64,000 nucleotides of DNA from assembly GCA_951406725.2 (NCBI GenBank), contig OX597815.1:162378001-162442000 (forward strand), given 5' to 3'. This document shows positions 36,965 through 49,713 of the stretch, in pieces. Position numbers and translations under genes: made by a program. The stretch is from Octopus vulgaris. Its lineage: Eukaryota. Below the pieces are notes generated by a model. The model saw only the letters and a list, made by a program, of their open reading frames with translations. It was not told where the DNA came from and made no database searches. The number at the start of each line of letters is the position of its first letter. The first letter of the stretch is position 1.

Positions 36965-37720
36965 CCTACTAAGTACTGGAGTTGATGAAATCAACTAGTA
37001 CCCCACTTCCCTAAAATACATTCGTTAGCACACTGAATAAAGCGCTTGGCAGCATTTCGTCCGTCTCTACGTTCTGAGTTCAAATAACTGTATGGTTGAC
37101 TTTGCCTTTCACTCTTTCGAGGGGCGATGTAACAGATTTGACCTCTTCCTCCGAAAATGCTGGCCTTGTGACAAAATTTGAAACCAATATAAATTCATAA
37201 TGTAAGCCATTCCATCTGACGTTCTGTTTCTATCACTGGTCTGCTTGTTCTTAACATAAATACTAAGAAGGCGACGAGCTGGCCGAATCGTTAGCACATT
37301 GGGCATACTTCTTTTCAGCATTTCGTCCGACTTTACGTTCTGAGATCAAATTCCACCAAGGTCGACTTTGCCTTTCATCCTTTCGGGGTCGATAAAATAA
37401 GTACCAGTTGAGCACTGGAGTCGATCTAATCGTCTTTCCCTTACCCCGAAATTACTGGCGTTGTGCCAACATTTGGAACCATCATTCTATTGAGTATAAA
37501 GGCGACGAGCTGGCAGAATTGTTAGCCATTTCATCAGACGCTCTATTCCTGTCAACAACTCGTTCTTATATAAATACTAAGAAAGCGCCGAGCTTTGTGG
37601 TATTTCGTCCTTCTTTACATTTTACATTCAAATATCGCCAAGGTCGACTTTGCCTTTCACTCTTTCAGACATACACCCTCCCCCAAAATTGCTGGCCTTG
37701 CGACAAAATTTGAAACCAAT
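36965..37720 (+). mobile_element. Cluster of degenerate SINE family 1 copies
   Basis: Repeated GGCGACGAGCTGG heads and GTCGACTTTGCCTTTCA cores. Confidence 0.7.
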
Positions 37721-38297
37721 ATAAATTCTAAGTCTAACTTACTGTTGAAAATCCATTTATAGATGGTGTAGGGAAACCGTCTAATAACAACTCCGTTCAG
37801 AAAGCTGGGATAATACTTATATGTACTAATGGGAAAAAAGGGAGACACAATCGAGTAGAATGTTTAAGAGAAAATTTATTGATATGTTAACGCGTGTGTC
37901 TGTGTGTGCGTCATGTATACAGAATAATAGACAGACCGTCATGAGAACAAAGCGTATGTATGATGGATGTATGCGTGCGCGTTAAGTACATATAAGAATA
38001 ACAATGAAGAAGACAGTGAAATAGTCTATAATGAGAAGTTAGACGAATGTTCATAAACACATGAAATGAGAGTACCAGTTGGTAATCAATTGCACACAGT
38101 AATTGAAATACAGTTGCGGCGATGATGCGGAGCCGGTTGCCGTACATGTCGTACATGAAGTTGTGGCTGTAATGCTGCTGCCTGTGTCACTTGGTACAGG
38201 AGTTCTCGAAGGTTGTATATTTGTTGTTGATCCATGGTGAAGTAATTTACGAACAATGCTGTGTCTAAACCTGGGCGTGTTGCTGTTGCTGTGTGCA

Positions 38298-38402
38298 TTA
38301 AGAGATGATGTTGACGAGGTTAAGAAGATGATGTTGACGAGGTTAAGAAGATGATGTTGACGAGGTTAAGAAGATGATGTTGACGAGGTTAAGAAAATGA
38401 TG
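38298..38402. repeat. 23-bp minisatellite x4 (TTAAGAAGATGATGTTGACGAGG)
   Basis: Adjacent units with no spacers. Confidence 0.9.
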
Positions 38403-39079
38403 GTGGCGACGAAGAAAGAGATTGCCGAAATGCTGTTGGACGGATGTTGTCGTCTGGCTCGCAGGTTGTATATTTGCTATTGATCCATGGTGAGGTAATT
38501 CTCGAACAGTGCTGTGTTCAAACGTGGGCATGTTGCTGTTGGACGGGTGTTGTCGTCTGGTGTTGTTTCTGGAACTGGCTGTGTCTTGTGTGGTCAGTGA
38601 CTAGACCTTAAAAGGTCTGGAACCAAAGACCTCGAGATGAGGTGAAGCTGGGTTTTTATGAGGAGCTGTAGGCTCAAACGGTGTTGAGAACAGGCTGTCT
38701 CACGTGATTTATTTAGGAGCTCCGATTGGTTATGCACTGCAGATGGCGCGACAGAGTAAGAGACAAATTACGCCATAGCGACCAATCAGAGTAGTGGATA
38801 CAACGGGGTTCAAATAGCGGCCAAAGGCTAGCTGTTATCTGCTACGTTCGAATATGCGTATATATAATAAATGGGAGAGAGGAATTTCACTTGAGTGTTC
38901 GCTACAGACATCTATGGAACTGATACATTCATTTGAAACCTCTTTTTCATAGTATACCCAGAAACACTTTTGCTTTATCAGCCCACTTAAACTAGCATCA
39001 AAGTCGACATTGACATTGTGTATTCGAAACAATATAACATTTTGTTAGGCACTCTACTCCAAGTTCGGTCGTTGTTGTG

Positions 39080-39560
39080 AAGTGTTGACTTGTGCACCTC
39101 ATTGACTCTGAGAGCTATACCAGCGGAACTCAAACTCCTGGTAGAGCCTTCCATGCTGGAAAGGTAAAAGGACTGAAGCCAAATTTATATGGACCACCTC
39201 TTCCCAGCAGTAAAAATGGTTTTGCGTGAAGTCAACGGCTTACCTAGAAAATATTTAAGTTACAGAAGCATCGACTGCCATTCAAAACCTGCGAGAGGGA
39301 GGCTTCTCTTCAGGGAAACATATGGCACAGTGAAGCAAAATCTGAAACGAAACTAAACAACCTGCCATTAGACGTTAGACCCTGACCTGGAATCCACAAG
39401 GGAGGTGAACGGGAAGACGCTCTAAAAATAGCTGAAGGCAGGATACGAGGTAGAGTTGAAAAGCAGGGATCCAATTGGACTGAAGCAAAAAAGACAGCAC
39501 TGAGTGGTGAACAACTGAGAAAAATTGTCTATGGTTATAGGGATCGAAGGGTTTAAGTCG
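39080..39560 (+). mobile_element. Degenerate, internally deleted RTE-clade element
   Basis: LTWNPQGR*TGRRSKNS* resembles the RTE C-terminal motif WxPxGxRxRGRPKxTW; the upstream part resembles an RTE 5' UTR. Confidence 0.55.
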
Positions 39561-40087
39561 GAGAAAGTAAGGCATTGCATTTGCTGTCTCAAATCAAAAT
39601 CTAAAATTGTTTCAAGTCCCATAAGGAGACGCGTTCAATAAACTTAGCCACTTGGCTCATTAGCTCAAGTGGAAATAATTTATCAACTCAGCTATTTACA
39701 TCATTAACTAACTGTTCAGAATATTATATTATATTTATTTAATAATTATATTGTCAACTCTTGAGATGTGTTGTAATAAGAGTAGATTTTTTTCTGACGC
39801 TGAAAACTTATCAACTCAATAGGCAGGAACAGGTGAATGTAGTTTGCTATGTTCGTTAGAAATTGCCTACTCCAGTTTTAATTATTATACTTTGCTCAAG
39901 ATGACGAATTAGTCTCGCTTGTAATTTATTCTCCATGTCAACGAAATTAGATGAAGTCTTCATTTATTTATTTGTTTACTTTTTCTCGCCTTAGGTGACC
40001 TATCAAAAATAAAAGCAATAGATCGAGTGGATATTGACGTATATACGCTAAAAGTTTTAAAAAGGAGTCCCAATATTTAACGTTGTG

Positions 40088-40619
<532 letters not shown>

Positions 40620-40620
<1 letters not shown>

Positions 40621-41110
40621 TTTTACTATAGGCACAAGGTCAGGAATTTGTGGGGAGGGGAATAGTCGATTTACCCCGACTCCAGTGCTCAGCTGGTACG
40701 TATTTTATCAACCCCGAAAGGATGAAAGGCAAAGACGACTTCGGTGGAATTTAAACTCAGAACGAAAAGACAGACGAAATGCTGCAAAGCATTATGCCCA
40801 ATGTGCTGAGGATTCTGTCAGATCGCCGCCTTAAAAAAAAATCATTTCTACTATAGGTACAAGGCCTGAAATTTTGAAGGAGGGACTAGTCGATTGCGTC
40901 GACCCCAGTGCGCAACAGGGATTGATTTCATTGACCTCGAAAGGATGAAAGGAAGGCACAGAGCCTGAAATATTGGAGGACGGGCTAGTCGATCCCAGCA
41001 CTCATCTGGTGCTTAATTTATCGACTCCGAAAGGATGAAAGGCAAAGTCGGCCTCAGCAGAATTCGAACTTAGAACGTAAAGACGGACGAAATGCTGCTA
41101 AGCATTTTAT
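40620..41110 (-). mobile_element. Cluster of SINE family 1 copies
   Basis: Three GAAAGGATGAAAGG cores. Confidence 0.75.
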
Positions 41111-41900
41111 CTGACGCTCAACCAACACAACAGAAATGGATAAAGAGACAAAAACAACACGAAAACAAAATTACAATACATACGCAAGAAGAAATGAAGA
41201 GAAAGACCTCTCCAAGGCAAATGTCCTGCAAGGCTCGATAGAATAGATATAAGCGAAAGTGAAAGTCGACAACAGCGCAAAAGCTCTGGTCTAAAAACAG
41301 AAATGGAGGGACTGGTCCTTGCTGCATAGGACAAATGACTACAGAATGTGCAACTAGCACAATGAAACAATTGACAACGTCATCTTGTGAAACCTGAGTA
41401 TATAAAAACGTATGATGATTGTGTCTGCAGCTACTTCCATTGAGTAATATGCCAATACTTGGATGTGAAAATAAACAAAAAGTGGCACAAACACGTACCA
41501 TAGACGCTACATGGCAACGACACGGCTACAATAAGTCGGGATGTACCCATCCAAACTGATGAAAAGATCCAGGTGAACCAGGAACTGGGAAACAAATACA
41601 TGTACAGTGATAGACATCGAAGTTCCTTCTGACAAAAGTTTTTCAGAAAACGAAGTGGGAAAACTATCAAAATATAAAACCTTGAACTTTCAAATTGAAA
41701 TTGTCAACATGTGGATGTTGACAAAACAAAGCCACTAGTGATTGCAGCACTAGCTATGATTAAAAAAAAATGAAAAATATGAAAAGAAACATTGAAGTTG
41801 TGAAAGGGCTCAATATTACACACTGTCTACAAAAAAAAAAAAAAAAAAACAGCTTGCAAGGAGCAGTTCACATCTTGCGTAAGACATTATTGATTCAATA
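41110..41900 (+). mobile_element. Degenerate R4/Dong-clade LINE 3' region (restriction-like endonuclease)
   Basis: Remnants SSGLKTEMEGLVLAA, PIQTD, VIDIEVPSD, KLSKYKNLE and HILRKTL. Confidence 0.6.
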
Positions 41901-42181
41901 AAATAGCTCAAATAGAACAACACACAACCTATACAATAAGCACGTAACTAAAACACGACTCTACAGGATTAACACGGCCTACATTACATGTTCCGTACAC
42001 AACAGAACAAACACTGATATAACAAGAAACAAGAAACTAAACCCCGTAATAAAAGTCGTTGATGCAGTACATCGACAGGAAGAGTCTATTCTTCCTTAAC
42101 CCCAACAAAACAGGAATACAATGCTGCACACACTTCAAGGACATGAAAGTGCACCTGGTGCTGCTGAAACTACCGAAGAGA

Positions 42182-42242
<61 letters not shown>

Positions 42243-42459
42243 CCTTTCTACTAAAGGCACAAGGCCTGAAATTTAGGGGGAGGGGACTAGTCGATTGCAT
42301 TGACCCCACTGTTTCATTGGTTCTTAATTTATCGATCCCTAAAACAAAGGAAAGCAAAGTCGATCTCGGCGGAATTTGAACTCTGAATGTAAATACGGGC
42401 GAAATGCCGCTAAGCCCGGCATGCTAACGATTCTGCTAGCTCGCCAACAAGAACAATAG

Positions 42460-42496
<37 letters not shown>

Positions 42497-42512
42497 AATA
42501 ATAATAATAATA

Positions 42513-42919
42513 AAACTGCGCAAGTATAAAGATCTTGAAATAGAAATTAGCAAAGTGTAGAACCTGAAGACTAAAACAATACTTGTTTTCATAGGTGCCC
42601 TGGGAACGATAGCAAAAGGGGCTGATTGCTACCTAGCTCGGATACCAGGAAACCCCGAAATGGCAGAAATTCAAAAGATAGTGCTCATGGGAACTGCCCA
42701 TATCCTACGTAAAATACTCTCTATTAATCTCAAATTTTAAAACAAACAAATAATTTTCTTATGGTTTCTTAAACATTCTCTAGAACAACACTATGTACAA
42801 AATCAGATATATGGCACCCTAGGCATAACACTAACATGAACTTCTAACTTGTCTCTTGAGGGCTCTGGGTGAAACTTGGAGCCAACGTGTACAAATGCAA
42901 AGTAAAAGTCAAACATAAA

Positions 42920-42920
<1 letters not shown>
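42513..42920 (+). mobile_element. R4/Dong-clade LINE 3' end inside an (AAT)n tract
   Basis: KLRKYKDLEIEISKV*NLKTKTILVFIGALGTI...IQKIVLMGTAHILRKILSI; (AAT)n on both sides. Confidence 0.8.
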
Positions 42921-42974
<54 letters not shown>

Positions 42975-42975
<1 letters not shown>

Positions 42976-43900
42976 GCCAGAAATTTGGTGGGTAGGTGTC
43001 AATTGGTGTTTATTTTATCGCAGCAGAAGGGTTGAAAGGCATAGTTAACCCCAGTGGTATTTGAACGTAAGGAACTGGATAAAATGCCGCTAAGCATTTT
43101 GTCCGGTGCAGTAACGATTCTGCCAGCTTGTCGCCTTTACAGAAGAAAATAATTCTTTCCACTATAGTCACAAGGTCGGAAATAGGAGGGGAGGCAGTCG
43201 ATTATATCAACCCCTTTCCCCCAGTTCTCAACAGGTACATGTTTCATCGACGCCGAAAGTATAAAAGGCAAAGTCAGCCTCGGCGGAATTTGAACTCAGC
43301 ATGTAAGGACGGACGAAATGCTGCTAAGCATTTTGTCCGGCGTGCTAACTTTTTTGCCAGCTCGCCAATAATGATGACAATAATCCTTTCTACTATAGGC
43401 ACAAGGACTGAAATTTTGAGGGAGGGGGCCAGTCGATTAGATCGACCCCAGTACACAACTGGTACCTAATTTATCGACCCTCGAAAGGCTGAAAAGCAAA
43501 GTCGACCACTGAAATTTTATGGGTAAAGGGCTCAACTGGTGCTTATTTTATCGATCCCGAAGGGGTGAAAGGCAAAGTCAACCTCGGCAGTATTTTGAGC
43601 TCAGAACTTAAAAATTCGGAAGAAATGCAGCTAAGCCTTTTTATCCGACGTGATAATCCTGACAGCTCGCTGCTTTGAATAATTTGTCTCTTACTTCTAT
43701 GTCCACGAAGCCTGAACATTTTGAGGGCAGGTTAGTCAATTTTCATCACCTCCGATGCTAGTAATTATATGGTAGTAATTTTATCAACCGCGAAAGAACG
43801 AAAGGCAAAGTTTACCTGTGATTTGAACTCGGAATGCAAAACTCTAGAAGAAATATCGCCCGACGCTTTAACGATTCTGCTAAATGATATTTTCTAACAG
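42975..43900 (-). mobile_element. Tandem cluster of about 5 SINE family 1 copies
   Basis: Repeated AAAGGCAAAGTC...GAATTTGAACTC blocks. Confidence 0.75.
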
Positions 43901-44505
43901 AAATACAAAACCTGGCATTCGTAACAATATCGTCGAAAAATTCTATTTCCATCTTTTATTCTAACGATCACAAAAAAATAAAAGTTGAAATCGAGTGAGG
44001 TGTGGATTTGAAATTAGAAGGGAAAGAGTAAGAACGAAATATCACAAGTTCCAGCCATCTGCTGACGATACTATATACAGGAAAAGAAGAATTACTTCCC
44101 TTGAAATCGTATTATTACAGCAAGCCGTCAAGGTAGAGTTGTGTCCCTTGGAATGTAAAAACAAATATAATTTAAAAATAAAACTAATTTTATTATTGAT
44201 TGTTCCAGCGTATCTCTTTCGTCACCCTCGGAGAGTAACGCCATTTTCATTTTATATACTGGGACTATAAGGCGGTCTGACTTACAGGAAATTGTACGTT
44301 CCACTCCTTAATGTAAAGTTGCTCTAAATATAGCGTGGCTGTGTCGTAAGAAGCTTGCTTCCCAACCACATGATTCTGGGTTCAGTCCCACTGTGTGACA
44401 CCTTGGGCAAGTGTCTTCTACTACAGCCTCGGGCCGACCAAAGCCTAGTGAGTGGATTTGTAGTCGGAAACTGGAAGAAGCCTGTCGTATATATATATAT
44501 ATATA

Positions 44506-45090
44506 TTAGGTAATCCCATAAATAATGCGGTTTTTTTAACACTTTTTTTTATTTTTCAAAATTAAGATAAACAAAATTCTTTTTTTTTTTTTATCTAAAA
44601 TATACCCTCGTTCATTTTCTACAATGCTCTTCCATCTATCTCCTCTTCTAAAATTCACTTGTCCGTGACAAAATATACTCCTCCAGTACTGTTGTGACCT
44701 CGTCTACATAATTCTTATTTTTGCCGTCCAAATGATTTTGAAGACTGCAGAATAAATGCTAATCAGATGGGGCAGCGTCTGGCGAATATAGTGGGTAGGG
44801 CATCGTTTTCCATTCAAACAGCTCCAGCCTTTGGAATGTCATCCTCACTGTATGTGGTTGAGAATTATCCTGATGGAAGAACACCTTTCATCTTGAAACC
44901 AAAGATGGTCGTTTTTTTTTTTAGCGCTGACTTAAGCCGCTGAAGCTGCTCGCTGTAGATCTCTCTTTTGTTATCGTTTGGTTTGGATTTAAAAGTACCA
45001 AACCTTTCACATCCCACCAAATAGATAACAACACCTTACGTAGGTGGAGACTTGCTTTAGTCTCGGGTGCCGGTGTTTCTCCTACCCACC
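44506..45090 (-). mobile_element. Mariner transposase 3' relic with right TIR
   Basis: Minus strand LLSIWWDVKG, FHQDNSQPH and PYPLYSPDAAPSD*HLFCSLQNHL (mariner YSPDLAPSDYHLF motif); TIR TTAGGTAATCCCATAAATAATGCGG next to (TA)n. Confidence 0.85.
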
Positions 45091-45967
45091 AGAACCCTGT
45101 CAATAATACTTCGTGGCTGTGTTGACCTAACTTGCTTTGTAGCAAAACCCATTATAAGTGTCGTAATTGCTGGATTCAACCCAACCTTTTGCCTCATTGA
45201 AATTACAATTTGATCATAAGTGCACACCCAATTGCTGTCTAATCAATGGCTGGTGATACTTCAGCGGCATGGCTACAACTTTCCGTGAACACACCCTACA
45301 ACTGCAGCTCAGTTAAGCGCCCAAACTCCAGTGATCCTGTCCCTGACGGCATTGACTCTCTACACATACCTATTTTCATAGCTATATATTCAACTTAGCA
45401 CGATAGAAGAAAACACATTACGGCAACTAGAATATGTATTGATGTGCAAAAATTAGCCCGGATATTGAATTCCTGACGAATACTTTCTGCACCTGTCATA
45501 CACGTCGTTTCATGAACAGCTTCTAAATATATGTAACAATAATGTTCATAAACATAAAGCAGCCTTCTTCCGACCATGTTGCAGTCTTTTCCAAAAATCA
45601 CTTAACTCTACCAATATTTTACAGATTGCTGCAGCCACCTCGATTTTGGTAAGACATTGAATGACTAAGAGAGAGAATGTTTTAAAGAGAGAATTTCTAA
45701 CTAGTGCCTTCTTATTTTACAGGCAAGAAATAAATTTCGAACGCAGAACAGTCGCGAAAACAGCAGAAAAAGACAGAAAAAAGTTGCCAACAGACGGCTC
45801 TGCTGGCAACTTTTCCCCTTTTTTTAAGGGTAAAACACCCAATCGTTTTGCTGTTTTTACAGTTATACTGCGTTTGAAATTCACTTTCTTGTCTGAAAAT
45901 TTACCGAACACATTCGACGCTTCCAAAGTTTGTTTATAAAATATTGCGCCTTCTGATTTATCAAATC

Positions 45968-46249
45968 CAGGTGAAAAGAGAGTCACAAGTAAAAAGAGTC
46001 ACAGGAAAAAAAGTCACGGTAATAAAGTCACAGGAAAAGAAGTCACAGGGGGTTTGTCCGGGGCGGGGGTGTTGACCGGCGAGTTTTGTCCTAGTTGGGG
46101 TTTGTCCTAGAGGGGGTTTTGTCTGGATCCCATAAATTAATAGAAACTTTTTTCTCGAGACTATTACCAGTCACCGTAAATTAAATGTTAATTTTTTTTT
46201 CCTAGCCAAAATTTTGACTTTTTTTCCTGTGACTTCATTACCAGCCACC
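45968..46249. mobile_element. Fold-back-type non-autonomous DNA element (copy 1)
   Basis: AAAAGTCACAGG subrepeats at one end and GTGACTTTT at the other; central GGGTTTTGTCC repeats. Confidence 0.6.
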
Positions 46250-46333
46250 GATTTATCGTGTCTTCTGACATAATGAACATTGTATACGTACTCTTTCAAA
46301 ATTACCTATTTTCTCTCTTTGTTAGAAAAAGAA

Positions 46334-46475
46334 CACACAGACACACACACAGACACACACACACACACACACACGCACTCACTCACTCACTCACTCACAC
46401 ACACACTCACACACACTCACTCATACACACACACTCACTCACACACACACATACACACACACACTCACTCACTCA

Positions 46476-46522
<47 letters not shown>

Positions 46523-46641
46523 TCACTCACTCACTCACACACACACACACACACTCACTCACTCACTCACTCACTCACACACACATCACACACTCACTCA
46601 CACACACACACACACACACTCACTCACTCACTCTCACACAC
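46334..46641. repeat. (CA)n/(CACT)n microsatellite
   Basis: Read directly. Confidence 0.95.
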
Positions 46642-46776
46642 AGTGTGAGCTCTCCTATCGTTGTTGACCGTTGAGGCCTCCACTATTTCTTGCTAAACAA
46701 CCAGCACACACGATATCCTGTTCATTAAGCTCGCTCCCACCATTAAATTGACATTCCCCGAACATGTACACAGTTT

Positions 46777-47068
46777 ACTTGGGAGACACTTGCTGCCGAC
46801 CGCTCATCCTGGCGCAGCGCAATCACCACAGGAGCAAAGACAGCCGAGGAGAGACGGATTCAGTCAGCAGAACAGAAACGCCAGATACGGAAAGCCAGAG
46901 CCACCTGCACCAATAGCACAGCCCCTATCCACTTCTGCCCCACTTGTGGGAGGGGCTTTCTTGCCCGGATTGGCCTCACCAGCCACCTCCGGTCTCATAG
47001 CAGCAATTCCACCAAATGATGTCAATGGTCATCTTCGAACCCGAAGGACGAACATTATTATTATTATT
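46777..47068 (+). mobile_element. RTE-clade LINE 3' end with C2H2 finger and TSD
   Basis: Frame not in the ORF track: TWETLAADRSSWRSAITTG...CPTCGRGFLARIGLTSHLRSH; 3' UTR GTCATCTTCGAACCCGAAGGACGAAC + (ATT)n; TSD TACACAGTTTAC at 46767-46778 and 47068-47079. Confidence 0.9.
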
Positions 47069-47503
47069 ACACAGTTTACCACATGTCAGCTATCGAAGTG
47101 ATCGCTCGCACGCACAAACAAACAAACAAACAAACAAACAAACTAACTAACTAACTAACTAACTAACAAACGCACAAAATAACACAATAGAATGCTAATA
47201 TAAAAGCTAGTTGTCCTACATCTTAAATAAAGAGGTCGGATATTTCAAAAGCAGTGATATTAACGTGGTCAATGTCATAGTTTATTTGAATGCTTTTGAC
47301 TGACACAATACTAAAATCTTGTTTATTGTATAACAATTCCTTTGCTATTTTGTAGATGTAGCTTGGCGGGGAGTTGGCTTGTAAAATTAGTTTTTAAAAT
47401 GTCATGAAGTATTTCACGTAATGAATATGAAAGGATGTTCATAAATAATCTTTACAATTTGAAATGTAGAAGTGTGAAAGTTGTAAAGATAATTTATGGA
47501 TAC

Positions 47504-47569
<66 letters not shown>

Positions 47570-47957
47570 ACAGAATAGAGACTAATTCCTCTACATACAT
47601 ACACACTCACATACATGTACACACAAACCACACGCACATTTATTTTTCGTGATAAGGATTGAGACGGGTAATCAGATGGTTTTAAACTTTTTTTAATTTA
47701 TGGGCGCATGAGTGGCTGTGTGTGTAAAACAATTGCTTTCAAGCCATGTGATCTTGAGTTCACTCTCTCTCCCCATCAATTTATCTACACACGCACACAC
47801 ATACACGCGCGCGCGCACTCACACACATACACGCGCGCGCGCACTCACACACTAGAACCTTCATGATTTTCGTATATTTTTCAGGAACTTGTTCTGTTCT
47901 CGACACCATTCCTGGCTTACCACAAAGTGAACAATGCAGTTGACAATGTATAGAAAT

Positions 47958-48200
47958 GGTGACCGTTAATAAAGTCATAATTTTGGCTAGGAAAAAAAGT
48001 TACAGGAAAAAAAAGTCACAATTCATTTATGGGATCTGGACAAAACCAACCTAGGACAAAACACCCTAGAACAAAACCCACTTAGGACAAAACACCCTCG
48101 GACAAAACCTCTATGACATTTTTCTTGTGACCTTTTTTTCCGTGACTCTTTCTCCTGTGACTTTTTTCCGTGACTTTTTTACCTGTGACTTTTTTATTGG
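47958..48200. mobile_element. Fold-back-type element (copy 2, inverted relative to 45968-46249)
   Basis: GGACAAAAC(A)CC repeats and TTTATGGGATCTGGACAAAA, the inverse of TTTTGTCTGGATCCCATAAA. Confidence 0.6.
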
Positions 48201-48519
48201 CCAAAATAAAAAAGGCCGTGCAAAATACAAAATAGACTATAAAGCACAAAGGATAGAGCGGGTTTACAAGTAGCACAAGTAAACTGTAAAACAATTACAA
48301 TTGATAAGATATTACCTTCAAATTTTGGCACAAGGCTCGTAGTTTACGTGTATGTTGAACCCGAAAGGATAAAAGGCAAAGTCAACCTCAGCGGATTTTG
48401 AACTCAAAACATAAAGACGGCAGAAATGCCACTAAGTGCTTCGCTCGGCTCGCTAACGATGCTGCCAAGTCGCTGCTTTAAAAGTTAATAAAACATTAAA
48501 CAATAAAATTCACTCAAAA

Positions 48520-49315
48520 GGTGTGGGGTGGGGGCTCTATCCGAGGTAACCAAAGAGCCCTCATAGACCCTGGATACTTCCAGGCAGTGTGTTACATATC
48601 CCAGGGCCCAATAATTACAGGTATAAACCTGAACTTGTAATCTGGATAGAGTAACTGCAGGTTTCTCAATAGTTCAGCATAGGTGTTCTCTTTTTCACTG
48701 ATCTTCAACTTTATGTTAACATCCGCTAGGCAGCTAATTTCCACAATTGCGCACAGTTTCTCTTCTCCGTCCCAAATCATTATGTCAGGCCTGTTGTGCT
48801 TACATTTTATTAGGGTCTTCATTGGGACATTCCACCAGTCTTCATTTTTATTATGAGTGGCTATGACTTCTACCATATTGTGGGTTCTTATTTCTTTGTC
48901 CTCAGAATTATCCTTCCGACGGATTTCATTATAGAGTGCCCTAGCTACAACGTCATGTCTCATCGGTAGATAATACCGTGATGACATTTTCGGACAACTG
49001 CATATGTGGGTGATATCTTCAGTGTGAACTCCACAAAGTCTGCATCGGTTGTCACATTGTCATACTGCTTTTCTTGCATCTCTGTCCCTTTTGTGCATCA
49101 GGTTGATATTTCCTGTTCCTGGATTTCGAACGCATACTCTCCGAAGTGGGAAGTAGCTATCCGGCTACTGGTCCATAATAAACTGCTTTGATGATCGATG
49201 TTACTATTATCACAGAGCTTTCTACTAACACATCCATGCATAGTCCTCTGTTCATATAAGCTCATCTCTTCATCTGATGATACGTTGCGGTAGAGTTGTG
49301 CGACTTCTTTGGACA
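48520..49315 (-). mobile_element. R4/Dong-type LINE fragment (CCHC + restriction-like endonuclease)
   Basis: QEQEIST, CRLCG..ED.THI..CP, RHD, HNRPDIMIWD...IVEISC...EKENTY and FIPVIIG. Confidence 0.85.
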
Positions 49316-49394
49316 TGTATGTATGTATGTATGTATGTATGTATGTATGTATGTATGTATGTATGTATGTATGTATGTATGTATGTATGTATGT

Positions 49395-49713
49395 CATCTT
49401 CGTAGTCATAAAACGAGACAGATGAGTGACAACCTGGCCACTGGTGGTGGTGTAATACACCATACTAATCATATCTGTCGGGCATGTGGAAGAGAGTGTA
49501 ATTCGGCAGGAGGACTTAAACAACATGCAAAGGTACATGAAGCCCAGTTACAACTACAGCCGGCTATGACCAGTAAAGGTTTTAGTTGCCAATTTTGTAC
49601 AAGACATTGTAGATCTTTAGCTGGGCTAAAAAGTCACATTCGATCACAGCACCAGTAACAGTTAAGCTTCGTGCAGTGGCCATACTCGATAACGAGGGGG
49701 CAGCCATAATAAT
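49395..49713 (+). mobile_element. RTE-like LINE 3' end with tandem C2H2 fingers, inside (TATG)n
   Basis: HLRSH...CRACGRECNSAGGLKQHAKVH...CQFCTRHCRSLAGLKSHIRSQH; 3' UTR GGCCATACTCGATAACGAGGG + (ATA)n resembles the RTE tail at 47028-47068. Confidence 0.65.

Noticed and set aside
38298-38402. 23-bp repeat as CRISPR
   Set aside because: Units are directly adjacent with no spacers; it is a minisatellite.
46748-47101. 117-aa ORF as a host gene
   Set aside because: Wrong frame; a different frame is the RTE C-terminus bounded by a TSD.
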